The position numbers and the translations under genes are program-made. The notes under the pieces are model-generated. The model searched no databases, had not been told where the DNA came from, and was given only the letters and a program-made list of their open reading frames with translations. Below are positions 10,569 to 20,613 of a DNA stretch of 64,000 bases, piece after piece (position 1 is the stretch's first letter; each line of letters starts with the position of its first letter). This DNA comes from an uncultured delta proteobacterium (lineage in GTDB: Bacteria > Desulfobacterota > Binatia > UBA9968), in contig CAVUZH010000019.1 of assembly GCA_963745835.1 (NCBI GenBank), positions 32,001-96,000 of the forward strand, read 5' to 3'.

Positions 10569-11576
10569 TTATTTTTCTTCCTTCAGGCGCTTTAGGAATC
10601 CGCTATCTCGCAGCTCGGTAAAAAACCGCGGATCGTAGAAATCTTCCGCTTTGGCCGAGACCGCTTGGGGCACGGCTTTTCCGATTAATCCCAGAATCAG
10701 CTCGATTCCTTTCGGATCGACTTGGAGAGACGGTTCCATTGCCTTTCCTTCGGCCGTCATCGAATGCGTGAGTATTTCCTTGTCCTCCACCTTGGTGTAC
10801 TTCTGCACCACCTTGGCGGCGACTTCTGGATTCGTCAGGAAAGTGTGAATCGCTTCGGCGTAGGCGCGAGCAAATTTGGCCACCTCCGCTTGTTTGCGGG
10901 CGACTGTAGTCCGCGTCGACAGCAGCACGGTGGCGGCAAATGGAATCTTCAGCGCCGTAATATCTAAAATCACTTTAAAACCCAATCTCTGAGCAAAAAG
11001 ATCATAGGGTGGCGTGGTCGTGAAAGCGTCGATGGAGCCGGCCTTCAGAGCAGGGATGCCTTGGCTCGTGCTGCCCATCTGCACATAACTCAGGTCTTTT
11101 AATGGATCGATTTGAAAACGAGAGAGCGCGGCTTGTGTATACATATCCGGATTCGAACCGATGCGGTCGATGCCGAGCCGTTTGCCTTTGAGTTCCTGGA
11201 CGCCGGCGATCTCATTCCGGCCGACGATGGCCCCGACCATGGCGTTCTTGCTCTGGCCGATGATCACCAGATTCTTGGCGCCGCCAAGAATAGCCCGGAT
11301 CGGAGCAAAGCCGCCAATGATGCCGATGTCCGCTTCGCCAGAGAGAATCGACGTCGTTCCGATCGGACCCGAACCAATATAGACCAAACGAACGTCGGCG
11401 CCGTGTTTTTTGAAAAGGCCGGTCTCATTGGCGATCCACATGGGCGCCATAGAAACCACATGGGCGGTGTAAAATGCCGTAATTGTGGAAGACTGCGCGG
11501 CACTCTGTTTGGACGAGCCGAAAAAAGCGGCGAGAGCGATACTCGTTAGCGCCAGCAGCTTCTGCAAAGCAGTCAT
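10569..11576 (-). CDS. NitT/TauT (SsuA/NMT1-like) ABC substrate-binding protein
   Basis: Signal peptide, APMWIANETGLFKKHGADV, ELKGKRLGI; RBS AGGGAGG before ATG 11576. Confidence 0.88.
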   Translation of the reverse strand: MTALQKLLALTSIALAAFFGSSKQSAAQSSTITAFYTAHVVSMAPMWIANETGLFKKHGADVRLVYIGSGPIGTTSILSGEADIGIIGGFAPIRAILGGAKNLVIIGQSKNAMVGAIVGRNEIAGVQELKGKRLGIDRIGSNPDMYTQAALSRFQIDPLKDLSYVQMGSTSQGIPALKAGSIDAFTTTPPYDLFAQRLGFKVILDITALKIPFAATVLLSTRTTVARKQAEVAKFARAYAEAIHTFLTNPEVAAKVVQKYTKVEDKEILTHSMTAEGKAMEPSLQVDPKGIELILGLIGKAVPQAVSAKAEDFYDPRFFTELRDSGFLKRLKEEK

Positions 11577-11648
11577 TTCGAACCTCCCTTTTCGCGAGAT
11601 TTGCCTGAAACATGAAAGACGCTTCTTCAACAACAGGCGCTAAGATGG

Positions 11649-11849
11649 TTAGCCTTTTCCTGAACGCTGTTCCGCCGCAGAGTTCTTGTCCATGCACTCC
11701 GAGCAGATTCCTGATTGCTTTCTCCACCAGCCTTTGAAGAAATGCCTTCTGCATAAAATTCTTCGACACTGTTTGCATGCCGCGCCGCTCAACTCGCCAA
11801 AGCTTCGCTTGCAGATACCACACACTATCGGGGCTATTGAGAAGATCAT
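11649..11849 (-). CDS. Small Cys/His-rich putative zinc-finger protein
   Basis: CGIC...CKQC-x4-CRRH...CSEC in 66 aa. Confidence 0.6.
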   Translation of the reverse strand: MIFSIAPIVCGICKRSFGELSGAACKQCRRILCRRHFFKGWWRKQSGICSECMDKNSAAEQRSGKG

Positions 11850-11972
11850 GTGAAACTAATTTCTCCGTACACCTTCTCGAAGAATCCTTTGCTCTCGAGT
11901 TTCTTAACCAACTGTGATGGACGATTTCCGCCGCTTGGATGTTGGCTGCTTTGCGACCAGGATCAATAACGC

Positions 11973-14900
11973 TCAAACCTGCTCGCTCCGCCGCGGCCAA
12001 CTCCGGATCACGAGATCGAGAAGAAATAGAAACAGACCCAGGCCCGCAAGCGGCCACCAAGTTTCTTGACCGCGTCTGCCCTTGCCCGGGGTCGGCGTGT
12101 AGAGACGGGCGATACCGTCGTCGAGCTTATCGGCATCGATCATTTCTCCACCGGTCTCTTCGGCAAGGCGGCTGAGGAGCGCGGTGTTCGGCTTCAGTTC
12201 ACGGTATTCCTTCGGATACGGAGCAATGTAAGGAATCGTCCCCACCGGCTGGCCTGCTTCGCCCGACTCTCCTTCGGCATAGAGCGTCAATAAATGGATG
12301 CCGCGCTGTGATGGGATGAATTTGGTTTCGTACCGTCCCGGCGCGCTTTGCTGAAGAGCTTGCTCGAGGGTCGTTTTATTCGGCGTCGCGATGTTGCTCC
12401 TGAGCTTGAGATGATTTAGGAACTTGCCTTCTTTGGACAACAAGTCGGCAACGACTTTTACGGCCTCGCCATCTGGTTGTAATTCGGCGCGCATTCTAGT
12501 TTCAAGAAACTTGCGCATTGTATCGCGTGCCAGCTGGCTGGCCCATTGTGGAAAGCCAGGCCAAGTCACCCATTCTTTTCCCCAACGGCCGCTTAGATCC
12601 GAGGTAAACGCCATTACCCGCCCGACACCGTAACGCCACGACACCAGCAGAGGATCTTTGTCGGCGCTCATAAGCAGCTCAGAGCGCGGTTTCGCGTAGG
12701 TGAGAACGTAACCCCGCAGCGGCGGCACACTGGCTTGGCTGATGCCTTTCAGCGGGCCCACCGGCGCGACAATGCTGGGCGTGAAAAGTTTGTCAACGAG
12801 CAGATCGCGCGAGATCAGCAAGGTTTCCGCGGTAAAGATCTGCGGGATCGTTTGCGGGTCCAACGCCACATAGCCTCTGCCTTTGCCCTCTTTGGCAATA
12901 TCGGCCATGAGCTGGACGTCGGCATCACTGCCTACGGAAACGGTCGAAACGGTAATGCCGTCGCGAGCCATCCGCTGGCCGAGTCCCTGGAAATCCGCCT
13001 TGTCGGTGAGTCCATCGGAAAGAACAATCACGTGCTTGATAGCGGCTTGTTTGGTGGCAATGGCGCGATGCGCCTCCACCAAGGCTTTGTAGAGGTCGGT
13101 GCCGCCATCCGACTGCAACCCCGCAAGCTTTTCTGAAATCCATTCACCGTTGCCTACCGGACGAAACGGCAGCACCCAATCCCAGGCGGCATCGAAGCCG
13201 ATGATGCCCACCTGGTCGGTCGGGTTCATGATGTCGGCGGCCGCGACCGCTGCGGCCTTGGCTAAGTCAAGCTTGGTGCTGCCCTCCTGCCCCGCGCCCA
13301 TGCTGCCGGATTTATCGAGGACGAAGAGCAGCGCTACGTGAGGCAAATCAAGTCGCGCAGGCGGGCGCATGTCGACCGGAAGAACCCGCTCCAGAGCGGT
13401 TCGATAGTAGCCGCCGGCGCCATAACTCTGCGAGCCGCCAATGACCAACAAACCGCCGCCCAGATCGCGCACGTACTTTTCAATGTTTTCCATCTTGGCA
13501 TCCGTCAATTGAAAAGCCGGCACATTATCGAGCACCAAGAGATCAAACGAAGAAAGATCGGTGAGCGTCATGGACGTCTTTTCCGGCGCCGATTGAACTA
13601 CGGAATAACCCTGGACTTGCAGCGCTTTGGAGAGAAATTGCTGGCTGTCATTGTTTCCCGATAGGAGCAAAACCCTTGGCGCCCCTTTCACTTCAACCAC
13701 GCCTTGCAGCAAATTGTTTTCAGCAAGGGTATCGTCGCGCGACTCCAGGAGCAGTTCATAACTGTGGTTGCCGCGCTCGAACAAGCTTTCACGAAAGCTC
13801 ACCTGGTTGGTTCCGGATCGTAATTGAAGCTCCTGGTCGCGAATCAAGACACCGTCGCGCAATAGTTTGATGCGCGCCGGTGCGTCTCGAAGACTTTCGA
13901 TCTTGCCGGCGACTTCAAATCCTTCGCCGCTGTCCACCTGGCGCGGAGAGGCCAGATCGCTTAGATAGACTTCATTCCTGCCCCGCGACAGGCTTACCGG
14001 AAGGGTCCAGACCTGAGTACCGTGGGAACGCAGTAGGGGAATAATGCGCGAGGTCTCGCCGCGGTTTTCGTTGCCGTCGGAGATCAGAAGAATCTTGCCC
14101 TGACGCCCCTCGCCAATTTGCGCTAACGACGCCTGCAGGGCCGCTTGAATGTCTGTCTCTTCGCGATCCAACCGCAACGCCGCATCCGCGGCGGGAAATC
14201 TCTCGCGCGGCAGAAACTCCCATTCGGGCGTGCGGCCAAACACGACCATGCCGGTGCGCGTTTCCGGCTTGTTCGCGTGTCGGACGGCATCGAGCACCTC
14301 CCGCGCTTTTTCCCTGGCTTCCTGTCCAACGCTGCGCGAGAGATCGACATCGAGCACAACGTCCAGAGCCGTGGTTGATTGAAAAATCTTCGGATTAAGG
14401 AGCGCCAGGATCATAGCGACCAGTGCTGCCGCGCGTAGTGCGAGTGGAGAGAACGGCATTCGGCTACGAAAGGCCAGAGCCGATTCAATGGCGAGCACAA
14501 CCAGCGCCGCGACTAAGAGCGCCGGCCATAACGAGAACCCGGCGTCGAGATTTTGATTGAGCCCATTGTCCGCGTCCGCGGCCGTGACGCCGACGTCGAC
14601 ACGCGGCGCGATTTGCGACTCGCCTTCATCGAAAAGATTGATCGCAAAGCGGTTTTCTGCGGCGGAATTTCTGTAGGTATAGATACCCGCTTCGAAAGTA
14701 TCGGTGAATAGCAAGGGATTGGTCGCCGAAGTGAAAGTTTCTTTCCTGCCCGACGGCATCCTCAACTCGAGGTCGCCCTCGCCCGCCGGAAGCCGCAGCG
14801 AGATGGCACTACCGGATTGCGCGCCGCGCGCGGGAAATTCCACCTGCTGGGGCTGGAACCACTCCAGAGCATTATGAACCAGGACTGGAAATGCCACTCT

Positions 14901-16301
14901 CAGCGGTAGATCCGAGTCCATCAGAGCGAAGCCGATCACCAGCGCCCGGAGGTTTCCCTTTTCAATCGCGACAATTAGTGGGCTCTCCGGCGAACGAGCA
15001 AGAATGGTTCCTTCGCCGCTGAGGGCCAAGCGCAGTGATGCCTGCACATGCAGATCGCCGAGACTCAAACCTTCGGTGATAGGATGCTTTGTCGGTTGAG
15101 AAACGATGCGCGGCGTCTTGACCGCGCCGTGCAGCCGCAACGGCAAATTCGGCGCCAGTGTGTTGATCAAAATAAAATTTCCTTGCGTCAACTGAGGCGC
15201 CGGGACACTGTCGAAGATTACGACATCGTAGTGAGATGACGCTGCATTCGGATCCCATTCGGGCGCCGTGTTGACTTGCAGATGAGGAAAAAAACGGAAC
15301 AGATTGGCTAAAAACGGATTCCCCGGACCGACATAAAGAACTCGCACTGGCGGCGCATCGCTTAGCGCCAGATAAGCGCGATTGTCGGTGGCAAAGTCGT
15401 CCTCGATGTCGAGACGAGCGACCAGCGTTCCTTGGGGCGAGCTTTCAAGGGGATAGATCAAGATCTTCCGGCCGTCGGGCTCCAGGTCGATGACTTCTTG
15501 CACTGCGGTCTTTTCGCCCATAGCCAACGTCAGCGGAACACGCGCCGAGCTTGCGGTAAAGTTCTTCACGTGCACCATGACTTCGACCTGGGACCTGCGC
15601 TCGGGATGACGGCGCAATTCGAAGCCGACAATGCCGATGTTGTTATTTCCACCTTCGATTTTGATGAAACGAAGATGGCTCGCCGGGCGGCTATACTCTT
15701 CGGCGCCATCGAACGCGCCGTCACTGATCACCACCACCCGATCGGGGGTGTCCCGCTTGAGAAACGCATGAGCAAAAAGAATTGCTTCTTTCACGCGACC
15801 GGGAGCGTCAGTGGCAGTTATATCGCGCGCCAACTGGCGCAGCCTTCTCTTGTCGGCGGTAAACGGTTGGAGCAGCCGCGGCTGCGCGCCGGCGCCGATG
15901 ACCATAATCTTTTGATGCGACGCCAAGCCATCGATCAGTGATAGAAACTCGCGACGCGCCGCCTCGAACCGTGGCCCTGAGCTGCCCTTGGCCTTCATAC
16001 TGGCGCTCAGGTCCATGACCACCACGGTATCTCCCGATAATGCGCCGAAATGGCGCAATGCCGGATCAGCAAGGGCGGCGATGAGCATCGTCGCGGCAAC
16101 GATCTGTAAAATCAGCAGCAGATTCTTGCGCAGCAACCATCCCAGCCGAGTCGCCAACGGCTGCTCGTTGAGCACACGCTCCCAGAGAAACAGCGTGGTG
16201 GTGTCGAACTTGACCCCTTTCGGTTTAAGACTATGCAGCAGAAGAATCAGCGGGACAGCGCCGGCGAGAAGCAGTAGTACGTGCGGAAAACCCCAGAACA
16301 T
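11973..16301 (-). CDS. Large membrane protein with BatA-like N-terminus, multiple VWA domains and GATase-like domains
   Basis: BatA-like N-terminus, MIDAS-type motifs DLSASM, DLSRSV and DKSGSM, DDFATDNRAY and ENN Ig/CARDB-like segments, GGSQSYGAGGY, WRYGVGRVMAFTSD, C-terminal TM helix. Confidence 0.88.
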   Translation of the reverse strand: MFWGFPHVLLLLAGAVPLILLLHSLKPKGVKFDTTTLFLWERVLNEQPLATRLGWLLRKNLLLILQIVAATMLIAALADPALRHFGALSGDTVVVMDLSASMKAKGSSGPRFEAARREFLSLIDGLASHQKIMVIGAGAQPRLLQPFTADKRRLRQLARDITATDAPGRVKEAILFAHAFLKRDTPDRVVVISDGAFDGAEEYSRPASHLRFIKIEGGNNNIGIVGFELRRHPERRSQVEVMVHVKNFTASSARVPLTLAMGEKTAVQEVIDLEPDGRKILIYPLESSPQGTLVARLDIEDDFATDNRAYLALSDAPPVRVLYVGPGNPFLANLFRFFPHLQVNTAPEWDPNAASSHYDVVIFDSVPAPQLTQGNFILINTLAPNLPLRLHGAVKTPRIVSQPTKHPITEGLSLGDLHVQASLRLALSGEGTILARSPESPLIVAIEKGNLRALVIGFALMDSDLPLRVAFPVLVHNALEWFQPQQVEFPARGAQSGSAISLRLPAGEGDLELRMPSGRKETFTSATNPLLFTDTFEAGIYTYRNSAAENRFAINLFDEGESQIAPRVDVGVTAADADNGLNQNLDAGFSLWPALLVAALVVLAIESALAFRSRMPFSPLALRAAALVAMILALLNPKIFQSTTALDVVLDVDLSRSVGQEAREKAREVLDAVRHANKPETRTGMVVFGRTPEWEFLPRERFPAADAALRLDREETDIQAALQASLAQIGEGRQGKILLISDGNENRGETSRIIPLLRSHGTQVWTLPVSLSRGRNEVYLSDLASPRQVDSGEGFEVAGKIESLRDAPARIKLLRDGVLIRDQELQLRSGTNQVSFRESLFERGNHSYELLLESRDDTLAENNLLQGVVEVKGAPRVLLLSGNNDSQQFLSKALQVQGYSVVQSAPEKTSMTLTDLSSFDLLVLDNVPAFQLTDAKMENIEKYVRDLGGGLLVIGGSQSYGAGGYYRTALERVLPVDMRPPARLDLPHVALLFVLDKSGSMGAGQEGSTKLDLAKAAAVAAADIMNPTDQVGIIGFDAAWDWVLPFRPVGNGEWISEKLAGLQSDGGTDLYKALVEAHRAIATKQAAIKHVIVLSDGLTDKADFQGLGQRMARDGITVSTVSVGSDADVQLMADIAKEGKGRGYVALDPQTIPQIFTAETLLISRDLLVDKLFTPSIVAPVGPLKGISQASVPPLRGYVLTYAKPRSELLMSADKDPLLVSWRYGVGRVMAFTSDLSGRWGKEWVTWPGFPQWASQLARDTMRKFLETRMRAELQPDGEAVKVVADLLSKEGKFLNHLKLRSNIATPNKTTLEQALQQSAPGRYETKFIPSQRGIHLLTLYAEGESGEAGQPVGTIPYIAPYPKEYRELKPNTALLSRLAEETGGEMIDADKLDDGIARLYTPTPGKGRRGQETWWPLAGLGLFLFLLDLVIRSWPRRSEQV

Positions 16302-16305
16302 CTTT

Positions 16306-17343
16306 TTAGTTTACGCTGCTCGCTTGCCGCAGCGTTTTCAAAACGAATTCTTCGAAGGGAATTTGCGTCGTGGTGCGCAGGTAATCGATTTGGCGGCTGG
16401 CGCAAGTAGCCTCGATTTCACCGAGATAGCGGCGCAGTTCCTGCTGATAACGACGCACCAGTTCCGCATCCAAGAAAATTTTACGCTCATGCCCGCCTTC
16501 GACATCGCGCAAGGTAATGTCACCCGTGAGCGGGGGACTGCTTTCCTGTTCGTCGATGATGTGAATCAGCAGAATCTGATGTTTTTTCATCGCGAGTTCC
16601 TGGAGCGCGGCGCGCCAGCCGGCGGGATCGAAGAGATCACTGACGACGATCACCAAGCCGGCATGAGGAAACAGACGACAGAACGAGTGCGCGGACAGGC
16701 GCAAGTCGGTGGCGCCGCTGCAGGACAGGCCGCCGAGAAAGTTAAATAAACGCAGGATCTGCTTTCGTCCCCGCCCCAAGGTCAGCGGCGTGTGCAATGT
16801 GTTGGCGAAGGACGCGCCGCCAACCCGATCCAAGTTTTTCAGGCCGATGTAGCCCAACGCCGCAGCAACTCTCCTGGCATAGTCGATTTTTGTCGGCGAT
16901 CCTTGCGCCATCGAGCGGCTCGTGTCGACCAAGAGGTAGATATTCATTTCTTCCTCTGCGGTAAACACTTTCACCAACAGCCGCTCGAGCCGTCGGTAGA
17001 TGTTCCAATCGACATAACGTAAATCATCGCCTGGTTGATAGTTGCGGTAATCGGAGAACTCCAAGCTGAAGCCTTTTCGAGAAACCGCGTGCTCGCCTTT
17101 GGCGCCCGCCCAACTGAGCCGCTTGGCGACCAACCGAAGCCGCTCGATCTTTTTGAGGAATTCCGCGTCGAGGAAAGTCTCTGAGGATTCCTGCGGAGCC
17201 GCCGCCTGAGCGGGGTGCTCTTGCGCTGAGCGCGTTCGGAAAAGCGCGCCGGAGAACCGCATCGACGAGATAAGACCCTGTATGGATGCGCCGGACTGTT
17301 TGAGCCAATTTTGAAAATCCGCAACGCGAAATCCGTAATTCAT
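16306..17343 (-). CDS. DUF58 domain protein
   Basis: EFSDYRNYQPGDDLRYVDWNIY, LVDTSRSM, VVSDLFD; ATG 17343 overlaps the moxR stop. Confidence 0.92.
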   Translation of the reverse strand: MNYGFRVADFQNWLKQSGASIQGLISSMRFSGALFRTRSAQEHPAQAAAPQESSETFLDAEFLKKIERLRLVAKRLSWAGAKGEHAVSRKGFSLEFSDYRNYQPGDDLRYVDWNIYRRLERLLVKVFTAEEEMNIYLLVDTSRSMAQGSPTKIDYARRVAAALGYIGLKNLDRVGGASFANTLHTPLTLGRGRKQILRLFNFLGGLSCSGATDLRLSAHSFCRLFPHAGLVIVVSDLFDPAGWRAALQELAMKKHQILLIHIIDEQESSPPLTGDITLRDVEGGHERKIFLDAELVRRYQQELRRYLGEIEATCASRQIDYLRTTTQIPFEEFVLKTLRQASSVN

Positions 17344-18356
17344 TGGCTTTTCGCCGCAATCTCTGGAACCTGAGCAACGATCTCCTGGAGAATCCTTTCG
17401 GCACCGATGCCTTCGGCATCGGCTTCCAAGTTTAAGATCAGACGATGGCGCAGGCTCGGCAGCAACATCGCGCGAATGTCCTCGAAAGAGACGTTGGGTC
17501 TTCCAGCAAAAAGCGCCCGGGCTTTGGCGGCCAGAATCAAGCTCTGCAGTCCTCGCGGGCTGGAGCCGTACAGGACGAATTTTTGCGCCATAGCGGCGCC
17601 GTTGCCTTGCTGTTTTGCGGATGGGTACTGAGAACAAACCGCACCGCATAATCTTTGACAACTTCGGCCAAAGGGACGTCCCTGACCCACTGCCGCATTT
17701 GCAAAATCGCCGAACCATCGACAATCTCGCGCAGCGGCGCCAGGCGGCGCGGCGGTCGTCAGTTCGGCTATGCGGCTAAGTTCCGCATGCGTCGGAAATT
17801 CCAGTACCAGCTTGAAGAAGAAGCGATCTACCTGAGCTTCAGGGAGCGGATAAGTTCCTTCCATTTCGATTGGATTTTGCGTTGCGAGGACCATGAAGGG
17901 ATTTTCCAAACGATGCAGTTTGCCGCCGACCGTGACGTTTTGCTCTTGCATAGCCTCCAATAAAGCGGACTGGGTCTTGGGCGTGGCCCGATTGATCTCG
18001 TCGGCCAGGACGATGTGAGCGAATACCGGACCGCGCTGAAACTCAAAAACTTTTCTGCCGGAGGGATCGTCAGTGAGCATATTGGTGCCGGTGATGTCAG
18101 CCGGCATCAGATCGGGCGTGAACTGAATACGTGAAAAACTCAGACTTAGGATCTCACCGAGACTGCGCACCAGCAATGTCTTGCCCAAGCCAGGTACACC
18201 CTCGAGCAAGCAATGGCCGCCGCACACAAGCGCGATAAAGATATCTTCGATCAAGTCCTCGTGGCCAACGATGACCCGGGCCATTTCGGCCTTTACTTCA
18301 TCGAAGGAGCGCCGCGCGCTCTGCATACGCCGCTCGATCTCTGCAACGGATTCCAC
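17340..18356 (-). CDS. moxR: MoxR family AAA+ ATPase (compensating frameshifts about 17595-17745)
   Basis: LEGVPGLGKT, RIQFTPDLMPADITG, LADEINRATPKTQSALLEAMQE, ATQNPIEMEGTYPLPEAQVDRF, GSSPRG. An alternative frame over 17600-17740 restores ...VKDYAVRFVLSTHP. Confidence 0.95.
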   Translation of the reverse strand: MESVAEIERRMQSARRSFDEVKAEMARVIVGHEDLIEDIFIALVCGGHCLLEGVPGLGKTLLVRSLGEILSLSFSRIQFTPDLMPADITGTNMLTDDPSGRKVFEFQRGPVFAHIVLADEINRATPKTQSALLEAMQEQNVTVGGKLHRLENPFMVLATQNPIEMEGTYPLPEAQVDRFFFKLVLEFPTHAELSRIAELTTAAPPGAAARDCRWFGDFANAAVGQGRPFGRSCQRLCGAVCSQYPSAKQQGNGAAMAQKFVLYGSSPRGLQSLILAAKARALFAGRPNVSFEDIRAMLLPSLRHRLILNLEADAEGIGAERILQEIVAQVPEIAAKSQ

Positions 18357-18430
18357 GATTAAACTCCTTACACTTTCATCCGGCTATGCCGGCAGGTCAA
18401 GGATTTCCCGCAACGCTGTTATGAGCGTGG

Positions 18431-19870
18431 CTACTTTCCCGGATTATCGCCGCGCTGTTTGGTCTCCAAAGACAAAAAATATCTTCTAATGGTCTCCTTC
18501 AGCGCTTCGGGGACGCGCTCGGTGTTGAGCTCCTGTTCAGCCTGTCGCCGGTAAGTGGCAATTAACTCCTCTTGCGAAACTTCGGTCTTGCCCGCCGACG
18601 GTTTTCCCTTCAGGGCAACGCCGCTGCTGTTGCCCTCACCGATCATGCCTTTCAGCTGAGTCGCGGCTGCCGCAGGTAACTGTGGCGCCGGCTGACTTTC
18701 TTCTTTCGTTCCCGGCTCGCTGCCCGGCCGGTTACTGTTGCTCTTTGCTTTTTCGCCATCACCCGGGAGGTCCTGCTCGCCCCGTCCGGCAACGCGCGCG
18801 TTGGTTTCGGCCTTCTCACTCTGTCCCTGTTTAGCTAATTGTTCGAGGAACTGTTGAGCATCCAGTAGAGTGCGCCGGTCCAGTTCGCCAGTGACCTGTT
18901 TATCCATGGAATCGAGAAACGATTTCAGTTCATTTTGGCTCATCGAGCGGTTTGCCTGACCCTGCTGATCGAATTGGCGCTTGAGCTGCGGTAACGTCGC
19001 CAGCCGGTCCAATGATGATTGACTAAGTTCCCGTTCGCCTTTGGCGCTATCAGGTAGATTCAGCAGCTCCTGGGCTGCTTCCAGTTCAGCTTTGAGATCT
19101 TGCAGGCTTTGTCTGCTCTCCGCAGTGGCAAACGATCGCTCATTGCCGGTCGATTTTCCCATCGCTTCAACCTTGCTGCTCATCCCAGCAATCTCGTTTT
19201 TAAATTGTTCATCGGTGATTTTCGCCTCGATACTTTTCTGCGCCGCCTTTTCCAGTTCCCGGCCAACCTGGAGACTTTGGCGCAGCCCTTCGCTGCCGGC
19301 CTTTTCTTGAAGCTCACGGGAGAATTGCCGTAGCTTCTGCGCCAGACCCTGCTGCGCCAGCGGATGAACATCAGGTCTGAGGCGGACATCGACATCGAAC
19401 CAGAGAAGACCGGCCCACACCAGCAAGAGCGGAATTACCGCGTAGTCCTGCCAGCGCCGGGACCGGCCGAACAGTGATTTGGGATCGACCGTCTTCAGAC
19501 GCTCCGCCGCCTGCTTAAGAACCAGAAGCGCCGCGGGTCGATCCGCTTTAGTTTCAATTAGCTCCCAGGCGGTTATCGCCCGCTCATCGGAATGCAGTGT
19601 CTTATCGAGATCGGCCAGCGCCCGCGCCGAATCTTCCCGGCGCCACCGGCGAGCGACAAATGAAAACGGCGCTAACGAAAGAAAGATCGGCAGTGGTATG
19701 ACCCAACGTAGAAAGCTTGCCGGTAGCAGAAAATAGATTGGCAGTAACAACAATGCCGCCAATAGTGAATAGCACACCAAAGTGGCCAGTATCTCCTGCC
19801 TCCTTTTGCGCTTCTCCCAACCAAACAATTGGAGAAATTTTTGACGGAGGATTTCCGGCGCATCGTTCAT
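18431..19870 (-). CDS. Membrane-anchored coiled-coil protein of the MoxR-VWA operon
   Basis: N-terminal TM helices, ERAITAWEL, Q/E/K-rich coiled coil, C-terminal VPEALKETIRRYFLSL. Confidence 0.75.
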   Translation of the reverse strand: MNDAPEILRQKFLQLFGWEKRKRRQEILATLVCYSLLAALLLLPIYFLLPASFLRWVIPLPIFLSLAPFSFVARRWRREDSARALADLDKTLHSDERAITAWELIETKADRPAALLVLKQAAERLKTVDPKSLFGRSRRWQDYAVIPLLLVWAGLLWFDVDVRLRPDVHPLAQQGLAQKLRQFSRELQEKAGSEGLRQSLQVGRELEKAAQKSIEAKITDEQFKNEIAGMSSKVEAMGKSTGNERSFATAESRQSLQDLKAELEAAQELLNLPDSAKGERELSQSSLDRLATLPQLKRQFDQQGQANRSMSQNELKSFLDSMDKQVTGELDRRTLLDAQQFLEQLAKQGQSEKAETNARVAGRGEQDLPGDGEKAKSNSNRPGSEPGTKEESQPAPQLPAAAATQLKGMIGEGNSSGVALKGKPSAGKTEVSQEELIATYRRQAEQELNTERVPEALKETIRRYFLSLETKQRGDNPGK

Positions 19871-20613
19871 TGGCTCAACTCCTTACGTAGCGCCAAACGG
19901 TGGGCAAGCAGAGCCGAGCCGATGAACAGCAAATGGCCGGCGAAATGGACCGTGCTGGCGGGCCATTTATATCCGGCGATACCTAGCGGCGGAAATTCCT
20001 GCCGGGACAGAATCGACAAGAGGAAGGCGATGGGGTTGAGCGGCAGGTAGACGAGCAGTGAGAGGATCGTCAAGACAAAGAAAAACGAGCGAATGAACAC
20101 TTGGCGGCTTTCGGCACGGCGCTCCCATAACGTTAATGCGAACAACCCCCAGGTGGCGTAACCCCATGCATAGAAAAACAACAGCCCGAAGGTAAGCGCC
20201 ACCATCGAAACCGGTGTCCGCGCAATGGCGGCTGCCCAGATCAACAATGGCGCGCACAGGAGCAGAGAAAGCGCGACGTGCAACGATAGAAACAAAAGCT
20301 GCGCCTGAGCGATGGCGGCAATCGGTTGGCCGTTTTCACGATGCCAGCGTTTCAGTGTCCGGAATCTCCAGGAAGCAAACTCCTGATTCGCCACCCGCAT
20401 CGCGAAATAGATTGTGAGCAACAAGGTCGTCACCGCGGTGACCTTGAAAAGACTCGCCGAACCGCTCCACATCTGCGCATCCAGCGAGGGCAAGTAAAGC
20501 GACAGAAACTCGACCGGCGCAAGGATCACCAGAATATAAAAATAAACCGCGAACCCATGCCCCTCGACGAAAAAAATATCGATGCTTTCGCGCAAAACCG
20601 GATTGCTATTCAT
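19867..20613 (-). CDS. Integral membrane protein (ABC-2 permease-like)
   Basis: MNSNPVLRE start and about 6 hydrophobic segments; translationally coupled to both neighbours. Confidence 0.65.
   Translation of the reverse strand: MNSNPVLRESIDIFFVEGHGFAVYFYILVILAPVEFLSLYLPSLDAQMWSGSASLFKVTAVTTLLLTIYFAMRVANQEFASWRFRTLKRWHRENGQPIAAIAQAQLLFLSLHVALSLLLCAPLLIWAAAIARTPVSMVALTFGLLFFYAWGYATWGLFALTLWERRAESRQVFIRSFFFVLTILSLLVYLPLNPIAFLLSILSRQEFPPLGIAGYKWPASTVHFAGHLLFIGSALLAHRLALRKELSQ

Noticed and set aside
17305-17343. Degenerate heptamer-like run (TACGGAT TTCGCGT TGCGGAT) at the DUF58 N-terminus
   Set aside because: Too short and degenerate to call a repeat
17344-17724. Extended N-terminus of the 472-aa DUF58 ORF
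   Set aside because: Overlaps moxR; ATG 17343 coupled to the moxR stop is the better start
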